DNA from: Candidatus Heimdallarchaeota archaeon
GTDB taxonomy: Archaea; Asgardarchaeota; Heimdallarchaeia; Heimdallarchaeales; Heimdallarchaeaceae
NCBI GenBank assembly: GCA_016839985.1
Contig: JAEOTG010000189.1
Span: 1-32,931, forward strand
Length of the DNA: 32,931 bases
Reading direction: 5' to 3'
Shown in pieces: positions 7,685-14,785 of the stretch; position 1 is the first letter of the stretch; each line of letters opens with the position of its first letter. The notes under the pieces were generated by a model. It saw only the letters and a list, made by a program, of their open reading frames with translations. It made no database searches and was not told the DNA's origin. Position numbers and translations under genes: made by a program.

Positions 7685-8371
7685 ATGAGTAATCCAGAAG
7701 AAATGCTAGTTCAACTAATCAATTCGATAAACAAATTATCAAATTTAGTACAAAATGTTAATGAAGCCATTAATAAGTTATCTACACAAATAACAAATCT
7801 AGAAGGAAAAATGGCTGGCTTTTCAACTGTAGAAAGTCAAGTATCTGAGGTTGGTCTTAAATTAGGTGAAATACCTGGTATTAAAAACATGATTGAAAAC
7901 TTAACCTCAAAAATTGATGGGCTTTCTCCTGCAGATGCGAAGAAAATGGCAAAAGTAGCTAAAGCAGCTAAAGCAGCAGCTCCTCCTGCTGAATCAAAAA
8001 CAGCCAAGAAAGAAGAATACGCATCCCCAGGTGTGGAAGAAGAGAAAGAACCAGCATTTTCCGCAGTAGACGAAGCTGACGCAGCTTTTACAGCTGTTTC
8101 TGCAAAATTCAAACATATAACACAAATGATTAGTCCTCAATCTAGTTGTGGAAACATCACTAATATGTTGGAAGAATTAAGAGATGAAGTAGAAACACAT
8201 GTGGGAATGTCACCAATGCTCTATGAACTTAATTCTTGGGTTCAACGCATTGGGAAAATGCCAGAAGCAGATATCTTACTCCCAGATGTTCATAGTGAGC
8301 TTGTAGAGAAATTAGATGATTGGTTGCAAAGAGTGACAAAAGCAATTCATCTCAAGTATCAGGGAGAATGA
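7685..8371 (+). CDS. coiled-coil protein with Ala/Lys/Glu-rich linker; C-terminal helical domain reminiscent of the Vps28 C-terminal domain
   Basis: N-terminal ~85 aa are heptad-like (LVQLINSINKLSNLVQNVNEAINKLSTQITNLEGKM). The linker is AKKMAKVAKAAKAAAPPAESKTAKKEE. The C-terminus, ITNMLEELRDEVETHVGMSPMLYELNSWVQRIGKMPEAD...KLDDWLQRV, resembles from memory the Vps28 CTD (ITtMDkLrLei...i.P.L.EL.....R.s.lP.df.....v..WLq.L). Size (228 aa) and N-domain/linker/CTD layout also fit. Coding is confident; the Vps28 assignment is tentative. Confidence 0.6.
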   Translation: MSNPEEMLVQLINSINKLSNLVQNVNEAINKLSTQITNLEGKMAGFSTVESQVSEVGLKLGEIPGIKNMIENLTSKIDGLSPADAKKMAKVAKAAKAAAPPAESKTAKKEEYASPGVEEEKEPAFSAVDEADAAFTAVSAKFKHITQMISPQSSCGNITNMLEELRDEVETHVGMSPMLYELNSWVQRIGKMPEADILLPDVHSELVEKLDDWLQRVTKAIHLKYQGE

Positions 8372-8455
8372 TAATATCATTAAAGTAATACCCCCGTTCA
8401 TATTGATGTAATAGCTATTTTTTAACTTTTTATTTTTAATAATAGTACTTGTATT

Positions 8456-9088
8456 ATGATGAATCTTAATGAAATCAAGGGGATAATAGAGATAAATGGA
8501 GAATCATATGATCCTAGGAGTCTACTTCAAGCTTTAATTGATCAAGGTTTAAAAATTCATGCTCTTAATGGTTCTCTATTGATTGGTCGAACTTTTATTG
8601 ATCCTTCCCCAGGATTGAGTTATAAAACAGATTCATGTCCAATTGAGAGTCATTGTAAAATATTTGATAAAGTAAAACTCAGCGCATTACCTAAGCAAAA
8701 TGAATTAAACAATCAAGATGATTTAGATTCATCATTCCCACCCTTAGATCTCTTTTCTTCATCAAAAATCAGTAATGATAGAGCTTATGTTGATAAGATA
8801 CAAGTTGACAATAATGCAGTTGATATCCAAGATCTCTTCTCTGATTCTTCGTTTGACAATCTAGATTCTCTTTTTGAAGGTAATGATTATAAGATGCAAA
8901 AAGATAAAGCAGATAGAAAAAATACTACTGAAATGATAGGAATATCTTCACTGACACGTTATGGAAATTCTTCACGAATTAATCATGAGAAAATCCCAAC
9001 CAAAATGAGAGGAAAATGCCATTATTGTAGTTCCATAGTAAATATAAATTGGAAATATTGTGCGTGTTGTGGAAGCTTAATGGATTGA
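8456..9088 (+). CDS. hypothetical protein: small N-terminal domain, disordered acidic Asp/Ser/Phe-rich middle, C-terminal C4 zinc ribbon
   Basis: C-terminal CHYCSSIVNINWKYCACCGSLM is C-x2-C-x10-C-x2-C (zinc-ribbon type). The middle carries a duplicated DLDSSF..LDLFSSS / DLFSDSSFDNLDSLF. Confidence 0.6.
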   Translation: MMNLNEIKGIIEINGESYDPRSLLQALIDQGLKIHALNGSLLIGRTFIDPSPGLSYKTDSCPIESHCKIFDKVKLSALPKQNELNNQDDLDSSFPPLDLFSSSKISNDRAYVDKIQVDNNAVDIQDLFSDSSFDNLDSLFEGNDYKMQKDKADRKNTTEMIGISSLTRYGNSSRINHEKIPTKMRGKCHYCSSIVNINWKYCACCGSLMD

Positions 9089-9104
9089 TCAAAAAGAAAA
9101 ATAA

Positions 9105-10424
9105 TTATTCGGTTGTATCCGCATCTACACATCCTTCAGGAGTTATTGCGAATACTGCTTCTGATTCTGGTAAATATGGTGAATCAAATATGCGTATTAT
9201 CCTCTTCTCTCCTTTTGATTTACGCAAATAAAACCTTGTAATAGCCCAATGACCAAGAATATGTCCACCTGCGGGTTGTGTTGGATCTCCGAAGAAAGCT
9301 GCAGGATTTGCTTGAACTTGATTTGTTATTACTACAGCTACGTTGTAGGTATCTGCAATTCTTCCTAACGTACTTAGGTGATAGTTTATTGTTTGCTGTC
9401 TTTCTGCTAGTGTTCCTCTTCCAGAATATTCAGCTCTAAAGTGTGCAGTTGCTGAATCGAGAGCAACAAGCGCATACTCCTCCTTATGGTTGTAAAGCAG
9501 TTCAAGCAGTCTTTCAATTAATGACATTTGATGATCTGAATTATAAGCTCTGGCGTAAGTAATGTCTCTTAAAACATCTTCAAAGTTCTTTTCCCAGCCT
9601 AAGTCCCTTTGAAGTCTAGCGTGAATAGCTTTTATTCTACTTGGTGAAAATGTACCTTCTGTATCAATGAAAACAGCTTTCTTTCCAACACCTCCTAACT
9701 CAGGAGGAAGCTGAACTGTCACGCAAAGTTGATGACATATTTGTGATTTACCAGATCTAAATGGTCCAAAAAGTTCAATAGTTTCTCCTAGTCTAACTCC
9801 AGCTACATCTAATTCTTCTATTGTAGTTAAAGCATCAAGAGCTTTTATTCCATATGTAAATGCAGGAGCTTCTTTTTGTTTTTCCATTATATCAAACGCA
9901 TTTATGAATTCAGCTCCGCCTTTTATTTCAACCAAAGACTCTTTGTATTTCTTAGCTGCTTTTTCAGTAATTCCATATTTTTCTTCTAGCTCTCTGATTG
10001 GTGTAGTTTCAAGAAGATAAACGTTCATTCCTTTCTCCCTTAGCATTTCTGCAGTGGTTTTTCCAACTCCAGGAATGTCCTCTAAACCAATTTCTTCCTT
10101 GAAAAATTTATATCTAGGAACAATTTTGATTATTTCTTCACGAGCTTTTTTCACTATAGCTCTTTGCATTCCCATTGCTTGTAATTCAACTAGCCTTGTC
10201 GTCATTAGTTGATCTATAGTAGTTATATTATTTTCATTAAGAGTATCTAAGCTCTTCTTTCCTAAACCTGGAAGATCCTTAAGTTGAATATCTGATTTAC
10301 TTTTCTTCTGTTTTTCTGCTTCTTTTTCTTCTTCTTTAGCTAGTTCAATCAGATGCTCTTCGTATTTTTCTTCTATTTCTTTAGCATCTGGTTCAACGGA
10401 TTCTTTTTGAGTTTTTTTACTCAT
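9105..10424 (-). CDS. radA: DNA repair and recombination protein RadA (Rad51/Dmc1 homologue) with extended N-terminus
   Basis: Walker A GPFRSGKSQICHQL, Walker B-region ALVALDS, VVITNQV, and the HhH element DIPGVGKTTAEMLREKG preceded by a second HhH-like DLPGLGKKSLDTL. I prefer ATG 10424 over the track's GTG 10448. A perfect TTTAAATA (10463-10470, minus) would place the TSS near 10440, and GGTG lies 8 nt upstream of ATG 10424. Confidence 0.9.
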   Translation of the reverse strand: MSKKTQKESVEPDAKEIEEKYEEHLIELAKEEEKEAEKQKKSKSDIQLKDLPGLGKKSLDTLNENNITTIDQLMTTRLVELQAMGMQRAIVKKAREEIIKIVPRYKFFKEEIGLEDIPGVGKTTAEMLREKGMNVYLLETTPIRELEEKYGITEKAAKKYKESLVEIKGGAEFINAFDIMEKQKEAPAFTYGIKALDALTTIEELDVAGVRLGETIELFGPFRSGKSQICHQLCVTVQLPPELGGVGKKAVFIDTEGTFSPSRIKAIHARLQRDLGWEKNFEDVLRDITYARAYNSDHQMSLIERLLELLYNHKEEYALVALDSATAHFRAEYSGRGTLAERQQTINYHLSTLGRIADTYNVAVVITNQVQANPAAFFGDPTQPAGGHILGHWAITRFYLRKSKGEKRIIRIFDSPYLPESEAVFAITPEGCVDADTTE

Positions 10425-10462
10425 TTTAATACACCAATACTGATTCACCGAAGGGGTTAGAG

Positions 10463-10470
10463 TATTTAAA
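10463..10470 (-). promoter_or_regulatory. TATA box (TTTAAATA) of radA
   Basis: Perfect archaeal consensus on the minus strand, ~42 nt upstream of ATG 10424. The predicted ~16-nt leader contains GGTG. Confidence 0.4.
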
Positions 10471-10583
10471 GATAATACTTAATCTAGCTAGTAATAAGTT
10501 AAATTTAACTTCTTCGTAGGGAGTCTCTATTTTAAAAGTATTTGAAATGAAAAATGTATGTTTTCCTAGCCTTTATTTCTATT

Positions 10584-11093
10584 TTAATACTCTATCCCCT
10601 TTCTGGCATTTAATCCAGTACTGAATGGATGTTTTTTTTCTTCAACTAGAATCAATGTATTTACTTCTTCTTCGATATATAAAGGGATGTTCCTCCCCGT
10701 TATGATTATTTCATCATTAGCATAAGCGAAAAATTGTTGTATTTCCTCCCATTTGATTAAATCATAAGAAAGAGCAACACTAAGCTCATCAAGTAACAAA
10801 ATATCCGTTTTTTCTATTCTTAATTTCTCTCGTAGTGTAGATAAACTAGTTCTTATAAGTTTTATATATTCGCTTTTTCTTTCATTAGGAACATAAAAAT
10901 CTGTTTTACCAATAAAAATGAAACTAGTTCTTTCTTTATTCTTAAGAAAATTACATTCACCACAGTTGTTTCCTGTTTTAAGAAATTGAACAATAACAAC
11001 ATCTTTTCCCTTATTTAGTTGAGTTAAAAGATATCCAAACGCACTCGAGGTCTTTCCTTTTCCCTCACCAGATATAAGAGTAATATTGTTCAT
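10584..11093 (-). CDS. ATP:cob(I)alamin adenosyltransferase, CobA/CobO/BtuR family
   Basis: P-loop GEGKGKTSSAFG, VVIVQFLK, LLLDELSVALSYDLI, IITGRN, and the C-terminal KHPFSTGLNARKGIEY typical of CobA/CobO (kH.f..G..A..GIey). Confidence 0.75.
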   Translation of the reverse strand: MNNITLISGEGKGKTSSAFGYLLTQLNKGKDVVIVQFLKTGNNCGECNFLKNKERTSFIFIGKTDFYVPNERKSEYIKLIRTSLSTLREKLRIEKTDILLLDELSVALSYDLIKWEEIQQFFAYANDEIIITGRNIPLYIEEEVNTLILVEEKKHPFSTGLNARKGIEY

Positions 11094-11150
11094 TAGTTTA
11101 TACTTCTTTTTCTTTTTTTAAGTTTAAGCAACACTTATTCAATCTAAAAA

Positions 11151-11606
11151 TTAGCCTAAATCATTAGTTCCTTCTTCCTTTACGCTAGGATCACTTTCTA
11201 TTGCTTTCTTTTCTCCTTCTATTTTTTTAACTTCTTCTAGATGTTTTGTTGCTTCGTCATACATCTTTCCTGTTCCATCACATACAGGACATATTTCTTG
11301 TCTTGCCTTTTTTCCTATACCTTCATCTATATAGCCTGTTCCATGACAATAAGGACAATTTGTTCTAATTACTTTGGCTCCAGTTCTTGAATACATGAAA
11401 GAAAGAACAACAAATAATAAACCGAGAACTATTGTTATTATTCCTGCAATTTCCAATCCTTTCCCATCAAATCCCTGTTCAGTAATAGCAACTCCCTTGT
11501 CGTACATGTATAAACCTCCTATAAAGAGAAAAGCTCCAAACAGAAAAATACCATAGTAAATAACATATATATTAATATTGGAAATTTTTCGTATTTTCTT
11601 ACTCAT
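11151..11606 (-). CDS. membrane protein (2 predicted TM helices) with DnaJ-type CxxCxGxG zinc finger
   Basis: Hydrophobic stretches IYVIYYGIFLFGAFLFIGGLYMY and IAGIITIVLGLLFVVLSFMY, followed by CPYCHGTGYI...CPVCDGTGKM (two CxxCxGxG repeats) and an acidic tail. Confidence 0.7.
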   Translation of the reverse strand: MSKKIRKISNINIYVIYYGIFLFGAFLFIGGLYMYDKGVAITEQGFDGKGLEIAGIITIVLGLLFVVLSFMYSRTGAKVIRTNCPYCHGTGYIDEGIGKKARQEICPVCDGTGKMYDEATKHLEEVKKIEGEKKAIESDPSVKEEGTNDLG

Positions 11607-11675
11607 TATTCTTCCCTTTCAACAAATACTGAAAAACATTGTGTTTTCTTTCGAAGATTATCCTAGAACTACAGT

Positions 11676-12227
11676 CTATTTTCCTACAATCTTCCTTTGA
11701 GAACCTGTAATAGCTGAACTAATTAATGATTTTGCAAAATCTGCTACACCATCCCCTGTTAAAGCAGAGGTTTCAACATATTTACAACCTAGTTTTCTAC
11801 TGATTCGTTCAACATCTTCTTTTGCAATTTCACGCTTTGAATCTGTTTTGTTACCAACTAAAGTGATTTGCAACTCTAAATCTTGTTCTCTTAATTCTCT
11901 AATCCAATCAGCACATTCTTTGAAGGATGATTTCTTTGAAAGATCAAAAACAATCGCAGCTGCATTAGTACCAGGATAAAGAATTTTTCTAACAACACTA
12001 AATCTTTGTTGCCCAGCCATATCATAAAAAAGTGCTACAGCTTTTCCTTTTCTGGTTTTAAAGGAATAAGAATGAAATTCAGCTCCACATGTAGGTTTAT
12101 ATTTCTTGGAAAAGATATTCTCAGTCAATCGTTTACAAATTGAAGTTTTACCCGATTTACCAGGACCACATATAGCCAATTTGTAAATATCGTAATCGCG
12201 AAATTTCACTTCTATCTTCGAGCTCAT
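11676..12227 (-). CDS. small GTPase, Ras superfamily (Rab/Ras-like)
   Basis: G1 GPGKSGKTS, switch I PTCGAEF (Thr), G3 DMAGQQRF, G4 GNKTD, G5 ETSA. Colinear with eukaryotic Rab cores. There is no C-terminal Cys prenylation motif (ends ...GSQRKIVGK). GGTG lies 8 nt upstream of the ATG. Confidence 0.85.
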   Translation of the reverse strand: MSSKIEVKFRDYDIYKLAICGPGKSGKTSICKRLTENIFSKKYKPTCGAEFHSYSFKTRKGKAVALFYDMAGQQRFSVVRKILYPGTNAAAIVFDLSKKSSFKECADWIRELREQDLELQITLVGNKTDSKREIAKEDVERISRKLGCKYVETSALTGDGVADFAKSLISSAITGSQRKIVGK

Positions 12228-12364
12228 TCAATGAGCACCAATTAACTAACTTCGAAAAATGAATAAAATTCAATGTAATACTAAGAGGTTACGAGAATAA
12301 GTACCCACATAATTTCATAAAATCATATGATTTAAAGATTCAATTATTAGCTTCTTAGTCAATT

Positions 12365-12372
12365 TTTAAATA
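12365..12372 (+). promoter_or_regulatory. TATA box (TTTAAATA) of hbd, leaderless configuration
   Basis: Consensus TATA centred ~28 nt upstream of ATG 12397, so the TSS would fall at or next to the start codon. Confidence 0.4.
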
Positions 12373-12396
12373 ATACTTGTCTATATTCTTGATTGT

Positions 12397-13257
12397 ATGA
12401 ATAACTCTTTTACGAAGATTGCGATAATTGGTTCTGGTACTATGGGGAGTGGAATAGCAATAGTTTTTGCTTCAGCAGGAATAGATGTAAATCTAGTAGA
12501 TGTGGATAAAAGATTTTTAGACAAAGGAATGGAACAAATAGGAAAATTTCTTGAAGTTAGTGTAAAAAAAGAAAAAATAACAAAAGATGAGCAAGATTCA
12601 ATTCTAAAAAGAATAAAACCTGAATTGAATTTGGAAAAAGCTACAAAAGAAATTCAATTAGTGGTAGAAGCTATAATTGAGGAAGAAGAATCAAAAAAAG
12701 AACTCTTCAAGCAGCTTGATTTACTTTGTACGGATGATGTAATTTTTGCATCTAATACCTCTGCTATAAGCATTACAACACTTTCTTCTGCTACAAAAAG
12801 ATCAGATAAATTCATAGGGATGCATTTCTTTAATCCCCCCATTATCATGAAACTTGTTGAAGTAGTAGTTGGATCAAATACTACTGAGGACACTGTTGAA
12901 AAAATTATGAATTTATGCAAAAGATTAGGCAAGGAACCAGTTCCTTCCAATGAAGCTCCAGGTTTTATTGTAAACAGGATTTTGTGGCAATTTCTGAATG
13001 AATCTTATAAATTACTTGAGTCAGGTATTGCAGAGAAAGAAAATATTGACAAAGCCGTAAAATTGGGATTGAATCATCCTATGGGACCTCTGGAATTGTC
13101 TGATTATATTGGTTTGGATGTTATGTTACATATCGGTGAGTATTTAGCTATTCAATTTGGTGATTCATATAAACCTGCACTAATTCTTCAAAAACTAGTT
13201 GGAGAAGGAAGATTAGGGAAAAAGACAGGTAAAGGTTTTTATGATTATGTTGAATAA
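12397..13257 (+). CDS. hbd: 3-hydroxybutyryl-CoA / 3-hydroxyacyl-CoA dehydrogenase (NAD-binding)
   Basis: Rossmann motif IAIIGSGTMGSGIA, HFFNPP, GFIVNR, and the C-terminal GRLGKKTGKGFYDY, all hallmarks of the HBD/HADH family. Confidence 0.9.
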   Translation: MNNSFTKIAIIGSGTMGSGIAIVFASAGIDVNLVDVDKRFLDKGMEQIGKFLEVSVKKEKITKDEQDSILKRIKPELNLEKATKEIQLVVEAIIEEEESKKELFKQLDLLCTDDVIFASNTSAISITTLSSATKRSDKFIGMHFFNPPIIMKLVEVVVGSNTTEDTVEKIMNLCKRLGKEPVPSNEAPGFIVNRILWQFLNESYKLLESGIAEKENIDKAVKLGLNHPMGPLELSDYIGLDVMLHIGEYLAIQFGDSYKPALILQKLVGEGRLGKKTGKGFYDYVE

Positions 13258-13288
13258 AGAAGTGAAAACTTTGGAATTTTATTAGATT

Positions 13289-13972
13289 CTATCTCCTTCT
13301 CATATAAAGAATAGCAGATCCTATAATACCGACTGCTATCGGAGCTACAGCGAATATGATCCAAGCCCAAGTGTTAGAGATCTCTTTACCAATTCTCCAA
13401 TCTGGTAGAAGAGGATTGATTTCTATTTCCTCTGATCCAAAATTTACTTCTAGACCACTTCTACTCTCCAGCTCCTGAAAATCTGTCCAATTGTCATAGT
13501 ACGTCATATGAACCCTGGGGAGTATTGCACTAGTTTCTTCATCAGAAGTAATATTGTAGAAGAAAACGAATTTTGTATAATCAACAATTTCTGATACGTT
13601 GAATTCTAAATACTTGTTTGTCATATAACCAGATGTTATATCTGTTGGAGTAAAACCATATTCCGATGAGGATTGAATTGTAGATTCTAAAGTAACATTT
13701 TCTCCTGTTAAATCACCAAAAATACATGAATTGAAATAAACATGATTAATTTCTGTTAGATTTAAAGAAATTGTTATGTTTGTAATGGTATAATTAAGAT
13801 AATTTTTGACATTAATCGCAACTAATAGATTTGTTCCCTCATCCGCAGATTCAACTAAGTTTTGTTGATTTAGAATCAATATATCTGCAGGAACATAAGA
13901 CGAAGTTGGTTGTATAAACAAGAAAGCTGATGTAAGCAAAGTCAGTGTAAGTATTATGTTTATTTTTCTCAT
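13289..13972 (-). CDS. secreted, C-terminally membrane-anchored surface protein (beta-sandwich-like), probably N-glycosylated
   Basis: N-terminal signal-like MRKINIILTLTLLTSAFLF. C-terminal TM WAWIIFAVAPIAVGIIGSAILY followed by MRRR. Seven N-x-S/T sequons (NYT, NIT, NLT, NVT, NVS, NIT, NWT). Confidence 0.6.
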   Translation of the reverse strand: MRKINIILTLTLLTSAFLFIQPTSSYVPADILILNQQNLVESADEGTNLLVAINVKNYLNYTITNITISLNLTEINHVYFNSCIFGDLTGENVTLESTIQSSSEYGFTPTDITSGYMTNKYLEFNVSEIVDYTKFVFFYNITSDEETSAILPRVHMTYYDNWTDFQELESRSGLEVNFGSEEIEINPLLPDWRIGKEISNTWAWIIFAVAPIAVGIIGSAILYMRRR

Positions 13973-14051
13973 TGCTTATTCTCCTTGAAAGCATAAAAAG
14001 TGAGCTCGTTTTTAACTTTAACTCTTGATGTCAGAGTCTTTCAAACATTTT

Positions 14052-14771
14052 TTAATTTTGTATAAGAGCTAATGTGTTTTGGTATGCTCTGACTATATCA
14101 ATGTTTTCTAAAATTGTAGCTTTTGCCACAAGTTCAGGGAGTTGTGAGTTAATCCAATTCATTGTGTCTTCCATATTCTTTCTCATAATGGGATCTGTTT
14201 TTCTGTAGATGTCAACAAGATTATCGAAATTTACTGAATTGTTAGTGCCAATAACTTCCAACCAACTTTTCAGTGTATCAATTCTTTGAGTAGGCATGAC
14301 AAATTCAATTGTTTTACTCAAGTTGTTTGTTATAACAATGCCTTTTATTTTGACAGGCATAAGAGACGTAAATTTACCTCCTAGTTGCGATCGAAACAAT
14401 AAAGCAAGTATTTTTGTTTTGTCATTAATTCTTATTCTTTCACAAATATGTTCATAATCAACCATTGTAGAACCAAAGAAAATTTGCGTATTTTCATGTT
14501 GAATATTTAATGCTGATCTTTGTTCAATTGAAGGTCCATAATCTTCCTTATGAAACCTAAGAGAGATAATGCTTGGTAAATCCTGTGAAAGTTTTTCCAA
14601 TACCTTGTCAATTTCACCTTCTATGATTAAATCATCACCGGAAAAAGAATGACGTGGATCAAATATTCTTTTTATTAAGATTGATTCCTTATTTAAAGCA
14701 GTATAAAGTTCATCGAGGGTTTCAATATTCAGTGATTTTTGAGATATTCTTATCATAGTTGTTTTAATCAT
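14052..14771 (-). CDS. hypothetical protein, apparently co-transcribed with the family-B DNA polymerase
   Basis: 239-aa ORF starting 14 nt after the polB stop on the same strand. I recognise no motif. Confidence 0.55.
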   Translation of the reverse strand: MIKTTMIRISQKSLNIETLDELYTALNKESILIKRIFDPRHSFSGDDLIIEGEIDKVLEKLSQDLPSIISLRFHKEDYGPSIEQRSALNIQHENTQIFFGSTMVDYEHICERIRINDKTKILALLFRSQLGGKFTSLMPVKIKGIVITNNLSKTIEFVMPTQRIDTLKSWLEVIGTNNSVNFDNLVDIYRKTDPIMRKNMEDTMNWINSQLPELVAKATILENIDIVRAYQNTLALIQN

Positions 14772-14785
14772 CGTAATCTACCTTT

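Noticed and set aside
7837-8112. 91-aa Ala/Ser-rich minus-strand ORF
   Set aside because: Antisense to the Ala/Lys/Glu-rich linker of the 7685..8371 gene. Compositional mirror with no start context.
9049-9231. 60-aa plus-strand ORF overlapping the 3' end of radA
   Set aside because: Antisense to the conserved RadA C-terminus and out of frame with the zinc-ribbon gene.
11374-11556. 60-aa plus-strand ORF inside the membrane zinc-finger gene
   Set aside because: Antisense shadow of the TM-helix-coding region.
12654-12950. 98-aa minus-strand ORF inside hbd
   Set aside because: Antisense shadow; hbd motifs are unambiguous.
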